Shown here one piece after another: positions 53,599 through 63,398 of a stretch of 64,000 nucleotides of DNA. The stretch spans positions 3,254 to 67,253 of the forward strand of contig JBMFNP010000003.1 in assembly GCA_049970095.1 (NCBI GenBank). The letters run 5' to 3'. Each line of letters starts with the position of its first letter. The stretch's first letter is position 1. Below the pieces are notes generated by a model, which did not search any database, was not told where the DNA came from, and saw nothing but the letters and a program-made list of their open reading frames with translations. The position numbers and the translations under genes were made by a program. Source of the stretch: Thermoplasmata archaeon (lineage in GTDB: Archaea; Thermoplasmatota; Thermoplasmata; Lutacidiplasmatales; SKW197).

Positions 53599-56283
53599 AT
53601 GAAAAGTGGTATAATTTTCTGGGTGTTGTGGATACTTGTAGTGGGTGCATGTACGCAATTTTTAGGATCAGCAAGCAATTTCCAGAACGCACATCTAACC
53701 CAATACTCCCATGAGCCAATCTACATTTCAGACAACAGCGAATTTAATGCCACCAATGGTGTAAGTGGAGGAAACGGGACTGCCTCCGACCCTTACATCA
53801 TTTCTGACCTATTAATAGATGCACATGGCGGTGCCTATGGAATCTATATTGAGTTTACAAGTGCACACTTCAGAATTGAAAATTGTACTGTGTTCAATGC
53901 AACCAGGTATGTGGTCTCTCCATATGGATGCGGGATTGCCTTCAACTCTGTGTCAAATGGAACAATTACAAGCTGCACAATTTATGCAAATAAGTACAGC
54001 GGGATCTGGGTAAAAAGTTCTACAGATATAAATATCTCTGGCAACAATGTTTATAACAATACCCAGAATGGTATTCTGATTGCAAACTCAGACAATGTCA
54101 TAGTTTTGGAAAACAAAGTGGTAACCAATGGCGAGGCAGGCATCCTTCTCCAGAATGCGATGGATATCATAGTCCAGAACAACACACTCACAAAAAATGA
54201 CATTCAGATTTCTGGGGAGGAGGTAAGATACTGGGAAACTCACACAATAGATAACAATCTTGTTAATGGGAAACCCGCAGTTTATATAAAGGAACAGAGT
54301 AACCTGACATTGAGTGCAGACTACGGGCAGATAATAATTGGAAACAGCACATTCATAAATATCACAGGCATAACAATAAAAAATTCCTCAATTGGTGTGC
54401 AGGTTGGTTTTTCTAGTAATGTCCAGATCAAAAATTCAAAACTCAGCGAGAACAATTTGTATGGCATATACACTTACAGATCAACAAGTCTGTCTATATT
54501 GAACTGCACAATAACAGCGAACGGAAAACATGGTGTGTTTGCGGATAGTTCTATAGCCCTTGCAATTCATCAGTGCTACATTGCAAACAATCAAGGAAAC
54601 GGAATCCATTTCATGGAAACTCAGACCTCTTCAATTACCGAGAATGAGTTTGTAGGTAATGCCAATTATGGGATTTATATTACCTTTGGCTCAATTTCCA
54701 ACGAAATTCATCACAACGACTTTTCCGGAAACAATGGTGTGAGAGCAACCTCTCAGGCATATGACAGCACAGGGGGTAACACTTGGTGTCCTGATAACTA
54801 CGGAAATTTCTGGAGTGACTGGCAGGCACCCGATGCAGATGGTAATTTTGTGGTGGATGCCCCATACCAGCTGGATGGAACTGCAGGAGTAAAGGATGAT
54901 TTTCCGCTTGTAAATCCACAAAACCACATCTGGATATATCACACACCAATTAAATATGTGGATGAAAACTCAGAAATAAAGGTTAATGCGGTGGTGCACA
55001 CCATAGCATCTGTTTCTAGTGTAGAATTGAAGTATATTCCCCTTCAGAGCGAACAGTATGTAAGCATGCAGATGAGCCGTATATCTGGAAATGAGACGGA
55101 GGGCACATATGTAGCCACTATTCCTGCACAGAACGGCACAGGTTACCTCAAATATTATATCACAGCTAGCGTGGGTGGTTCCACAACGAGAACACCTGAA
55201 TATGTGTGTATAGTTGGAGAACTGGACATGAGTGTGAACATTTCCCTCTCAAGGACAGAGATAGCTCCTGGTGAAAACACTACAGTTACGGTCAGTGTTA
55301 AAAATGCTATCACCCACGGTGTGCTTGCGGGTGCAGAAGTATCCCTGAGTGTGTCAGGTCTTTCTGGAATGTTTGACAAAGAAAAAGGCAATACTGATAA
55401 CAATGGAATATTTGTTGCAAATTTCACAGCGTCTAACACATCATCTGGAGGTACGGGAAAAATCATTGCTAATGTAAGTGCTGCGGGTTACAAGCATAGC
55501 AGTGCAGAGGTATTCCTCACAATTTCTTCAGGTGGTTCACTGCATGAACTTTCCGTAACAATTTCTCTCTCAAGCACACAGATAGTTGCCGGGAATTCCA
55601 CAACAGTAACTGTTCTTGTAAAAAATGCGAGCAGTGGTGAACCCGTGGCAAATGCTCAGGTGAGCATGATTGCTGAAAATGTGCATGGAACATTTGAACA
55701 TCAAACTGGCTATACAAATAGCAATGGGATGTTCGTTACTACCTTTACTCCAGATGAGGTTGCAAACAACACCACTGGCATAATAATTGCAAATGTGAAC
55801 GCCAGTGGCTATAACACTGGTAATGCACAGAAATCCATCACAGTGTATCCCTCCTGGACATTGCTTCACGCACTCAGTGTGAATGTTGAGGTGAGCAGTG
55901 CAGAACTGAAGGCTGGAGAAAGCATCATAATCACAGTAACAGTTGTTGACGAAAAAAGTGAGACAGTTTTCGGAGCGAATGTATCTATTGAAATTATACC
56001 TCCTGTAGGACTGCTGGATGCTACATCAAAAACTACAGATAACTCCGGGCGCGTTACCTTTTTATTTACAGCAAAATCGGACATAGATAAAGATACTGTT
56101 GTGTCATTAAAGGTATCCGCAACGAAGACAGGATACACAGATGCAGAAAAATCACTAACAATCTCTGTGAGGAAGAAAGTGGAACCGAAACCTACACCTG
56201 GATTTGAGATGCTTCTTGTGTGTGCGGCAGCAGGTGCAGGTGTGATTTACCAGATGCAAAAGAAAGGCAGGAAAAACACCTGA
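53599..56283 (+). CDS. cell-surface right-handed parallel beta-helix (PbH1) repeat protein with Ig-like domains and PGF-CTERM sorting signal
   Basis: There is a signal peptide. There are many 'I..N.V.NN...GI' pectate-lyase-type repeats. Two Ig-like repeats follow ('TVTVSVKNA..G..VA.A.VS...'). The C-terminus is 'PKPTPGFEMLLVCAAAGAGVIYQMQKKGRK', a PGF-CTERM. Confidence 0.7.
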   Translation: MKSGIIFWVLWILVVGACTQFLGSASNFQNAHLTQYSHEPIYISDNSEFNATNGVSGGNGTASDPYIISDLLIDAHGGAYGIYIEFTSAHFRIENCTVFNATRYVVSPYGCGIAFNSVSNGTITSCTIYANKYSGIWVKSSTDINISGNNVYNNTQNGILIANSDNVIVLENKVVTNGEAGILLQNAMDIIVQNNTLTKNDIQISGEEVRYWETHTIDNNLVNGKPAVYIKEQSNLTLSADYGQIIIGNSTFINITGITIKNSSIGVQVGFSSNVQIKNSKLSENNLYGIYTYRSTSLSILNCTITANGKHGVFADSSIALAIHQCYIANNQGNGIHFMETQTSSITENEFVGNANYGIYITFGSISNEIHHNDFSGNNGVRATSQAYDSTGGNTWCPDNYGNFWSDWQAPDADGNFVVDAPYQLDGTAGVKDDFPLVNPQNHIWIYHTPIKYVDENSEIKVNAVVHTIASVSSVELKYIPLQSEQYVSMQMSRISGNETEGTYVATIPAQNGTGYLKYYITASVGGSTTRTPEYVCIVGELDMSVNISLSRTEIAPGENTTVTVSVKNAITHGVLAGAEVSLSVSGLSGMFDKEKGNTDNNGIFVANFTASNTSSGGTGKIIANVSAAGYKHSSAEVFLTISSGGSLHELSVTISLSSTQIVAGNSTTVTVLVKNASSGEPVANAQVSMIAENVHGTFEHQTGYTNSNGMFVTTFTPDEVANNTTGIIIANVNASGYNTGNAQKSITVYPSWTLLHALSVNVEVSSAELKAGESIIITVTVVDEKSETVFGANVSIEIIPPVGLLDATSKTTDNSGRVTFLFTAKSDIDKDTVVSLKVSATKTGYTDAEKSLTISVRKKVEPKPTPGFEMLLVCAAAGAGVIYQMQKKGRKNT

Positions 56284-56342
56284 GCACTTTCACTCACCCC
56301 TCCCTTTTAAATTTAAATACTCCCTCAGCACTACCTCTTTTC

Positions 56343-57794
56343 ATGACACTGATGGATTTCGGAAATGAAAACAAAAAGTTAGGAGTTTCTTCCCTCCAGC
56401 CAATTCTCTACCAAAGCACAAAGAATTTACGGAGTGCAAAACCCCGAATTCCAGAGAAAGGCAGGGTGAGGTTTGTGCATCTCGCTGACCTGCATCTCGG
56501 AAGTTTTAGGATTGAGAGAAAAGAACTACAGCAGATTCCGCTCAGAATATTCAGAATGGTGATAGAATTCTGCAAAAAATTCAATGTAGATTTTGTGGTG
56601 ATAGCTGGGGATCTCTTTGACTCAAATGTAACAAGTATTGAGTGTTTAAAGGAAACTGGAAGAATCCTTGCAGATGCAAAGGAGCATGGAATTAGGGTTT
56701 ATTCAGTTCCTGGCTCACATGATGCAAGTCCGACGCACAGCGCATACATAGATGTGCTTGCCTCCGCAAATCTTATTCAGATTGTGGAAAAACTGGTACA
56801 AAATGAGGAAGGAAAAATTCAGATTAAGCCAGTACAGGATAAAACAGGAATTAATATTGTAGGGTTAGGAGGATTGAAGAGAGGAAATGAAATTGAATAT
56901 TATAAAAACCTTGATTATGACACAATTGAAAAAATTCCTAAACCCAGAATTTTCATAATGCATTCCACAATTACTGAATTCCGCCCTGATTTTTTGAGGG
57001 AAGAACAAGGAATTCCGCTCTCACTTATTCCCAGAGATTTCAGTTATTATGCATGCGGACATGTGCACCAGAGACTACAGCAATTATGCGATGGCTACGG
57101 AATCTTTGTGTATCCAGGCCAGTTATTTGCAGCAACTATAAGGGACTTTGAGCACTGTACAAACTCCCTGCCCGGGTTTTACCTTGTAGATTTTGATGAA
57201 CACATGCAAGTTTCAGAGCAATCCATTACTTTTGTGGATGTGTACTCCCTTCAAACCCTTGTAGGCGAACCTGAAAACATGATCCCTGATGTGCTGTTTG
57301 CAAAAATCTCATTTGAAGAATTTTCTCCCTCTGAACTGGAATACAAACTGAAAAACATACTGAAAAACTCGCTAAAAAGTCAGGGTTTGCAAAATTGTAT
57401 TCTTCTTCTCAAGATGGAAGGAAAATTGAGGGAAGGAAGGCGGTGTGAGATTAGATGGCAGGAACTTGCGAAGGATTGCATAGAAAGCGGGGCTGTTGAG
57501 GTTTTTTTCAATAAAGAGAAAATTGAGGAAAAGGAAGTTGGCATGGAGATTATTCATGGAGAAACTACAGAAGAAATTGAGAGAAATACGATGATAGAAT
57601 TTTTCCTGAAACGCGAAGGTGCATCTAACAGAGAGGCAGCGTTGGAAAAGGCTGAAAAAGCAATGGAACTCCTGCCAATACTTGCGAAGATACAGGAAGA
57701 GGGTGAAAAAAATGATGTGTATATTAATAGGATCTATGAGGAAGTGATAGAATGCCTAGAAAGGAGGAGTGCGAATGCTGATAAAACGCATTGA
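56343..57794 (+). CDS. mre11: Mre11 DNA double-strand-break repair nuclease (calcineurin-like phosphoesterase)
   Basis: 'VRFVHLADLHLG' is motif I. 'VIAGDLFD', 'GSHD' and 'ACGHVHQ' are the other motifs. The start is uncertain: ATG 56343, or GTG 56466 directly at motif I. The track start at 56220 overlaps the upstream gene and looks non-coding. Confidence 0.8.
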   Translation: MTLMDFGNENKKLGVSSLQPILYQSTKNLRSAKPRIPEKGRVRFVHLADLHLGSFRIERKELQQIPLRIFRMVIEFCKKFNVDFVVIAGDLFDSNVTSIECLKETGRILADAKEHGIRVYSVPGSHDASPTHSAYIDVLASANLIQIVEKLVQNEEGKIQIKPVQDKTGINIVGLGGLKRGNEIEYYKNLDYDTIEKIPKPRIFIMHSTITEFRPDFLREEQGIPLSLIPRDFSYYACGHVHQRLQQLCDGYGIFVYPGQLFAATIRDFEHCTNSLPGFYLVDFDEHMQVSEQSITFVDVYSLQTLVGEPENMIPDVLFAKISFEEFSPSELEYKLKNILKNSLKSQGLQNCILLLKMEGKLREGRRCEIRWQELAKDCIESGAVEVFFNKEKIEEKEVGMEIIHGETTEEIERNTMIEFFLKREGASNREAALEKAEKAMELLPILAKIQEEGEKNDVYINRIYEEVIECLERRSANADKTH

Positions 57795-60231
57795 ACTTGA
57801 GAATATCCGAAGCTACATCCGTGAAGAAATTAATTTTGACAGTGGGCTTCTGTTTATTGAGGGAGACATAGGTGCGGGGAAAACCACGATTTTGATGGCA
57901 ATAAAATTTGCACTTTTTGGTGGTGGGAAGGAGAGTGGTATTAAGTATGGAGAGATGCTGAGGGAAGGTGCCAGGGAGGGAAGAGTGAAACTTTACTTTA
58001 CCCTTGATGGAAAAGAATATGCAATTGAACGCAAACTTAAGAGAGAAAAGGAAAAAATTGAACAAGATAAGGATGTGAAGATTGAGATGGAAGGGGGTTA
58101 TCGCTACCTTTCTCCAAAAGGAGCAGATGAAGAAATAATGAAAATCATAGGAATGAAGAAGGGTGCTGGAGAGAAGAAGGGAATATTTGCAAAAATGTAT
58201 GAGTTTGCGCTTTATGTTCCGCAGGAGAGCATGAAAGAAATAATTGCACCAGGTAGTGAGATCAGTGAAAAAAAGCGGGAGACGATTTCAAAGATTTTCG
58301 GGTGCGATGCCTATAAGAGGGCAGAAAAGAACGCCTCGGAAGTCGGGGAAAGAATGAAACAAAAGATCAGTGTGCTGATGGCACAACTTGGAGAAAACTA
58401 TGTGGAATTAGAGAGACGCAGGGACGCAATGGAAAAGGAACGCAAAGAGAGAGAGGAGAAACAAAAGCAGGTAGAGCTTACCAAAAAAAGGATAGAAGTC
58501 ATAGAGAAGGAATGCGAAGAACTAGGAAAAAATCTTAAGAAATATGAGGAAGAGAAAAGAAAAATTGAGAAACTTGAGAGAGAAAAAAGTGTTCAGGAGA
58601 CCCGAAAGAGGTCTAGGCTGGATGAAATGGAAAATGAAAAGAAGGAGATTTCTGAACTTGAAATGAAAATTGAAGAGGCAAAAAGAAACCTGGAAGTAGT
58701 GGAACCTCGGTACAGAGAATACGAGGCACTTAAGCACACCATGGAGGAGGAGAATAAGAAAAGAGAGAACTACCAAGAAATTAAGGAAGAATTTCTTCAA
58801 AAAAAGGGAAAACTTGAAGGGATAAAAAAAGAGATTGGGAAGGAGGATGAGCTCAGGAAAAGAATGGAGGAAATCGGAAATGTGGCAGAGGAACTGGATT
58901 CCCTGAGAAAAGAAAAGGAGAAAAACACTACTGATATTGCCAAGATATCAAAAGAGATAGAAAAACTTCAGGAAAAAGTTGCCAAGAATGAAAAGGAGAA
59001 AAAGGATTTTGCGGACCTTACAGGTAAGAAATACTGCCCGAAATGCAGACAGGAACTCAGCAGAGAGCATGTTGAAAAAATTATTGCAGAACTGGAGGAA
59101 GAAATTGCGAAGGAAAAAGAGGAAATTGCAGAAAAAAATAGCGAGATAGAGAAACTAAAGGCAAGGAAGGGCTATCTTGAAAATGCTATAAAAGAGAAAC
59201 AGAAGTTGGAGAAGGAATATAATGAAATTCAACGCATGCTGGACGAAATTGTGAAAAAAAAGGAAGATGCTGATATCCTTGAAAGAGAGATTGAGAATCT
59301 TGCAGGAGAAATGATGGAGACAGGATATGATGAGGAGAGATTCAGAGAAATTGAGAAAAAAATTAAAGAAATGCAAGGGGTGGAAGAGAAATACACAAAG
59401 TTTTCTACGGAACTTCAGGGGATGAATGCAAGGTGCAAGAAATTGAAAGAAAATCTTGAGTTGCGGGAAACTGAACTCAAGGAAATTGAAGAGAAAATTG
59501 TGGAGATTGGCAAAGAGCTGGAGCAAACAACTTATGATGAAAAAGAGTACAATAAATTGAAGGAAAAGCAGAGTGAAAAGCTCAAAGAACTTGGAGAAAG
59601 CAAAGGAGAACTGAAAGGGATTTTAGAAAGTATTAAAAAGAGTGAAGGAATTATTGCAGACCTTGAGCGCCAGATTAAAGAATTAGAAGAGTGCAGGGCA
59701 ATGGTGGAGAAACTGAAGGATTATCAGAAATTTCTTGAAAATCTGGGAGAGGCTTACCATAAGGTTGCTGAGAATGTACTCAGGGATGCAAGGTACAATT
59801 TAGAGAGGGAAATCAACAGCTGGCTAACAACACTGCTTGGTGAGGAAAGAGAGATTGAGAGCGTCACCCTAGATGAGAATTTTAACCCTGAGCAGCATGT
59901 TGGTAGTGGTTATATCCGCCCTGTAGCAAACCTGAGCGGAGGGGAAGGCACAGCACTCTCCTTCGCATACCGCCTCGCACTTAACAGACTACTTTCAAAA
60001 AATTATCTTGGTAGAAGTGCCTTGCTGATTCTGGATGAGCCCACAGACGGATTCTCCAGTGAGCAGATAAATGCCCTGAAAGACCTGCTACAGAAATTGA
60101 AGATGGAGGGCACACATAGCCAGATTATTGTAGTCTCACATGAAAGGGAGCTGGAGGGAGCAGCAGATATTGTTTATGAAGTAGTGAAAGGGAGGGATGG
60201 AACTAAAGTACACCGGGTAGAGAGGATGTAA
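57775..60231 (+). CDS. rad50: Rad50 ATPase (SMC-like, zinc hook)
   Basis: A GGAGG Shine-Dalgarno lies 7 nt upstream of the ATG at 57775. Walker A is 'GDIGAGKTTIL'. There are long coiled coils with a 'KYCPKCRQE' CxxC hook. The signature is 'LSGGE', Walker B is 'LLILDEPTDG' and the H-loop is 'VVSHE'. Confidence 0.9.
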   Translation: MLIKRIELENIRSYIREEINFDSGLLFIEGDIGAGKTTILMAIKFALFGGGKESGIKYGEMLREGAREGRVKLYFTLDGKEYAIERKLKREKEKIEQDKDVKIEMEGGYRYLSPKGADEEIMKIIGMKKGAGEKKGIFAKMYEFALYVPQESMKEIIAPGSEISEKKRETISKIFGCDAYKRAEKNASEVGERMKQKISVLMAQLGENYVELERRRDAMEKERKEREEKQKQVELTKKRIEVIEKECEELGKNLKKYEEEKRKIEKLEREKSVQETRKRSRLDEMENEKKEISELEMKIEEAKRNLEVVEPRYREYEALKHTMEEENKKRENYQEIKEEFLQKKGKLEGIKKEIGKEDELRKRMEEIGNVAEELDSLRKEKEKNTTDIAKISKEIEKLQEKVAKNEKEKKDFADLTGKKYCPKCRQELSREHVEKIIAELEEEIAKEKEEIAEKNSEIEKLKARKGYLENAIKEKQKLEKEYNEIQRMLDEIVKKKEDADILEREIENLAGEMMETGYDEERFREIEKKIKEMQGVEEKYTKFSTELQGMNARCKKLKENLELRETELKEIEEKIVEIGKELEQTTYDEKEYNKLKEKQSEKLKELGESKGELKGILESIKKSEGIIADLERQIKELEECRAMVEKLKDYQKFLENLGEAYHKVAENVLRDARYNLEREINSWLTTLLGEEREIESVTLDENFNPEQHVGSGYIRPVANLSGGEGTALSFAYRLALNRLLSKNYLGRSALLILDEPTDGFSSEQINALKDLLQKLKMEGTHSQIIVVSHERELEGAADIVYEVVKGRDGTKVHRVERM

Positions 60232-60232
60232 A

Positions 60233-61459
60233 ATGGAGCAACCAAAAATCTATACGGTCACTGAACTCTGTTCAAGAATAAAGGAGCATCTGAAAGGGGA
60301 GCCAGAACTCAGAAATATTTACATAAGGGGAGAGATAAGCAATCTTGCAATTTCACAGGAAAGGGCATACTTTGCATTGAAAGATGCTGTATCAAAAATA
60401 AATGTGGTAATGTTTTCCCTGCCTCCTGGTGCGGAACAGCAACTCAAGGAGGGCATCACAGTAGTGGTGCATGGAAAAATCGATTTTTATCAGCGAGATG
60501 GAAAACTAAATTTAATTGCAGATATATTTTATCCAGTTGGGCAGGGAGATGTTTATCTCAAACTTGAAATGCTGAAGGAAAAATTGAAAGCAGAGGGAAT
60601 TTTTGCACTAGAAGCAAAAAGAAAAATCCCAAAATATATATTTAGCGTTGGAATTGCCACATCTCTCCAGGGCGCAGTTGTGCATGATATTCTGCATGCG
60701 CTTGCAATGAGTAGGGGTATGGAAATTTTTGTGATTGATACCCAGGTGCAGGGTGAAGGTGCAAAGGAAAGTATAGTAAAATCCATAGAAATCCTCAACA
60801 ATCTAAATGTGGATGTAATAATTCTTGCAAGAGGTGGTGGAAGCATAGAAGACCTCTGGGCATTTAATGAGGAAATTGTTGTGAGGGCAGTAAGAAATTC
60901 CAAAATTCCAGTAATTACCGCAATTGGGCATGAAACTGATATTACACTTTCCTGTCTTGCCAGCGATCTGAACCTTCCAACACCTTCTTATGCAGGTAAA
61001 TTTCTTCTTGAAAGGTATCAAGAAAACCTGAAAGAAACAGAAGAATTGATGAGGGCGCTCAACGAGGCAGCCACTGAGTATATTCAGGAACTGGTTACTG
61101 CCCTGGATTTTCTTTCAACAAGGATTTCGCCTCTTGAGTTCCAGCGGCTCATAAAAAACCAGATGGAAAAAATTGAACTGTTAGAAAAACTGCTTAAAAA
61201 TACTGTTCAGAGCGCTATAAATGACAGAAAGATGTGGTTAGCGAAACTGGAATCCCTGCTGGCTCTACAGCACCCTGAAGAAATTTTGAAGCTTGGATAT
61301 GCCTACATTACTAAAGAGGAAATGGTAGTAACCAAGGGCATAGAACTACATGAAGGTGAGTTAATTGAGATTCACTTCTGGGATGCAGTTGTGCATGCCC
61401 AGGTGCAGGGCAGAGAGGTGAAAGAATGGAAAAAGGAAGAAGTTTTGAAGAAAAATTGA
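60233..61459 (+). CDS. xseA: exodeoxyribonuclease VII large subunit
   Basis: The N-terminal OB is 'IYIRGEISNL...YFALKD'. The catalytic core is 'ARGGGSIEDLWAFNEEIVVRAV...IGHETDITL', which closely parallels E. coli XseA '[22 protein letters not shown]...VGHETDVTI'. Confidence 0.85.
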   Translation: MEQPKIYTVTELCSRIKEHLKGEPELRNIYIRGEISNLAISQERAYFALKDAVSKINVVMFSLPPGAEQQLKEGITVVVHGKIDFYQRDGKLNLIADIFYPVGQGDVYLKLEMLKEKLKAEGIFALEAKRKIPKYIFSVGIATSLQGAVVHDILHALAMSRGMEIFVIDTQVQGEGAKESIVKSIEILNNLNVDVIILARGGGSIEDLWAFNEEIVVRAVRNSKIPVITAIGHETDITLSCLASDLNLPTPSYAGKFLLERYQENLKETEELMRALNEAATEYIQELVTALDFLSTRISPLEFQRLIKNQMEKIELLEKLLKNTVQSAINDRKMWLAKLESLLALQHPEEILKLGYAYITKEEMVVTKGIELHEGELIEIHFWDAVVHAQVQGREVKEWKKEEVLKKN

Positions 61460-61653
61460 AGCGTGTGGAAGAGATCATTGCAAGAATCCAGAGAAAGGAA
61501 GTGGGGCTTGACGAAATGCTGAAAGATTTTGAAGAAGGAACACAGCTTCTCAGGGAATGCAAGGAAGAACTGGTGAGGGCAGAGAACCGAATAAAATTTC
61601 TGATTGAAAAGGAGGGTAAAATTGAGGAAACTGAAAAGCCAGATGCCATATGA
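61426..61653 (+). CDS. xseB: exodeoxyribonuclease VII small subunit
   Basis: 'FEEKLKRVEEIIARIQRKEVGLDEMLKDFEEGTQLLRECKEEL' matches the XseB helical hairpin consensus. It overlaps the xseA 3' end. Confidence 0.7.
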   Translation: MEKGRSFEEKLKRVEEIIARIQRKEVGLDEMLKDFEEGTQLLRECKEELVRAENRIKFLIEKEGKIEETEKPDAI

Positions 61654-62242
61654 AACCGTTGTGATTACCAGGAATTCGCACATAAATGCAAGTGCAATTG
61701 GAGTGTATATCCAGCACCAGAAATATTTCATGAGGGTTTTTGAGAATTCCAACACATTTCAGAACCTCTTGAGAAATAAGGAGTTTTCAATCAATTTTGT
61801 ATCGTTTGAACAGCTTGGTTTGCTGCTTAGGTGTGCACTGAAAGGGCACAATAACGATGAAGAGGAACTCAATGAAAATGAAATTCTTTTCTGGAATGGT
61901 ATTCCTTACTTGAAGAATACCTGTGCGGTTATTGTAAGGGTTGTGGAAGCATGTGTGCAAGAGATATGTGACTGGATTGGGAGTACAAAGTGCATGGAAA
62001 TAATTGCGGAAGAAATTTTTTCATTCGGGAAAATGAGTGAGCCAGTTATAAGAAGCAAAAATATTCCTATCCTTGAATGTGCAGTGCTCGCAACCAGATA
62101 CTTTGATGCATGCCCAGAATCTAAAAGGAAGCTCAGAAAAAAAATTGAGGTTCTCCTACCAAAAATAGAGGGGTGGGAGGCGGAGGTAAGGATTATCAGA
62201 CAGATTATATGGGAAGGAAAAGTAGGGTTAGGAGCACCATAA
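61643..62242 (+). CDS. hypothetical protein, possibly FMN-binding split-barrel (DUF447-like)
   Basis: 'MPYETVVITRNSH.INASAIGV' resembles DUF447 N-termini. The assignment is weak. The start is chosen at the Met overlapping the xseB stop. Confidence 0.3.
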   Translation: MPYETVVITRNSHINASAIGVYIQHQKYFMRVFENSNTFQNLLRNKEFSINFVSFEQLGLLLRCALKGHNNDEEELNENEILFWNGIPYLKNTCAVIVRVVEACVQEICDWIGSTKCMEIIAEEIFSFGKMSEPVIRSKNIPILECAVLATRYFDACPESKRKLRKKIEVLLPKIEGWEAEVRIIRQIIWEGKVGLGAP

Positions 62243-62291
62243 AGTATAAATTCCCTTCTGTAATACCCCTTTTATCAGTGAAGGTGATATT

Positions 62292-62708
62292 TTGGGAGAA
62301 ATGCCTGTAGTTCTCCTGACGAAAGCAGACATATCCGAGCTAAAGAGAGTGATAGATTCTGTGATGACAGTTGCATCTCACGGAATTTTTTACCGTGCAG
62401 GGCTTGGAATTGGAAATCGTATTGCTGGTCTAAGCTACAAAACAAACTACTTTCAGGAAGTGGGTGAGCGTCTCAGAAAAGAGGGCTGGCTTAAAGAGAT
62501 CAAGTTTGGAGAGGATGGTACTGTGATTGTTAAAGGATCAATTGAGGTAGAACCCTCAAATGTGGAATCCTGCCACATTCTGCGAGGAATTATTGCAGCC
62601 ATTTATCAGAAACACCTAAATTCGGGAAGTGTATACTGCACAGAATACAAATGCGAAAGTATGGGCAGTCCAAATTGCGAATTCAGAATAGAAACCGAGG
62701 TGATATGA
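62292..62708 (+). CDS. V4R-domain protein
   Basis: 'CHILRGIIAAIY...VYCTEYKCESMGSPNCEF' is the V4R-type C-x2-G-x3-G plus Cys cluster. It is upstream of, and overlapping, a KaiC-like ATPase. Confidence 0.5.
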   Translation: MGEMPVVLLTKADISELKRVIDSVMTVASHGIFYRAGLGIGNRIAGLSYKTNYFQEVGERLRKEGWLKEIKFGEDGTVIVKGSIEVEPSNVESCHILRGIIAAIYQKHLNSGSVYCTEYKCESMGSPNCEFRIETEVI

Positions 62709-63391
62709 TGCCAGAAATCACTCGAGTAAGCACCGGAATCCCAGGGCTGGATGAGATGATCATGGGTGGTTTTCCCAAGCCATCTGCAATATTAGTTGCT
62801 GGAGAACCAGGTACAGGTAAAACTACATTTGCAGTCCAGTCCCTCTTTCACGGTGCAAAGAAAGGTGAAAACTGTGTGTACATAACTGCAATTTCCGAGC
62901 CACAGTGGGTAGTCCAGCGTTTCCTTTCCACCTTCAAATTCTTTGATAAAACTGCAATTGAGAAGGGAAAACTTGTATTCATAGACATCGGGCGAAATCT
63001 GATGGAAAATCCAAGGGGCATTCTTTCCACAATGAAGGCAAAAATTGAAAAATACAATCCAGAGCGTCTTGTAATAGATCCTATCACACCAATAAAAAAT
63101 GCATGGGAAAAATCTGGAGAAACTAGGGAACTGCTCCACGAACTCCTGGCGTATCTCAAGGCGTTCAACTGCACATCCATCCTCACCGCTGAAATTACAT
63201 ATCCAGATATTCCGAAAACCTTAGAGGGTTATATGGTGGATGGAGTTGTTGTTCTTTCATATCCAGAGGAAGAGAAGGTGAGGCGGAAGTACCTGGAAGT
63301 CCTAAAAATGCGGGGCACAAAGCATATTACTGGTAGGCAACTTGTGGACATTACCCCAGAAGGGTTTTCAGTGCAACCCGGATTGAGATAA
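62705..63391 (+). CDS. KaiC/RadA-like RecA-superfamily ATPase (second copy in window)
   Basis: 'STGIPGLDEMIMGGFPKPSAILVAGEPGTGKTTFAVQSLFHGA'. The start ATG overlaps the V4R stop (ATGA). Confidence 0.75.
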   Translation: MMPEITRVSTGIPGLDEMIMGGFPKPSAILVAGEPGTGKTTFAVQSLFHGAKKGENCVYITAISEPQWVVQRFLSTFKFFDKTAIEKGKLVFIDIGRNLMENPRGILSTMKAKIEKYNPERLVIDPITPIKNAWEKSGETRELLHELLAYLKAFNCTSILTAEITYPDIPKTLEGYMVDGVVVLSYPEEEKVRRKYLEVLKMRGTKHITGRQLVDITPEGFSVQPGLR

Positions 63392-63398
63392 AAATTGT

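Noticed and set aside
56220-56342. N-terminal 41-codon extension of the mre11 ORF overlapping the end of the β-helix gene
   Set aside because: The translation is Cys/Arg-rich with no similarity to Mre11 N-termini and overlaps the preceding gene by 64 nt. The start was moved downstream.
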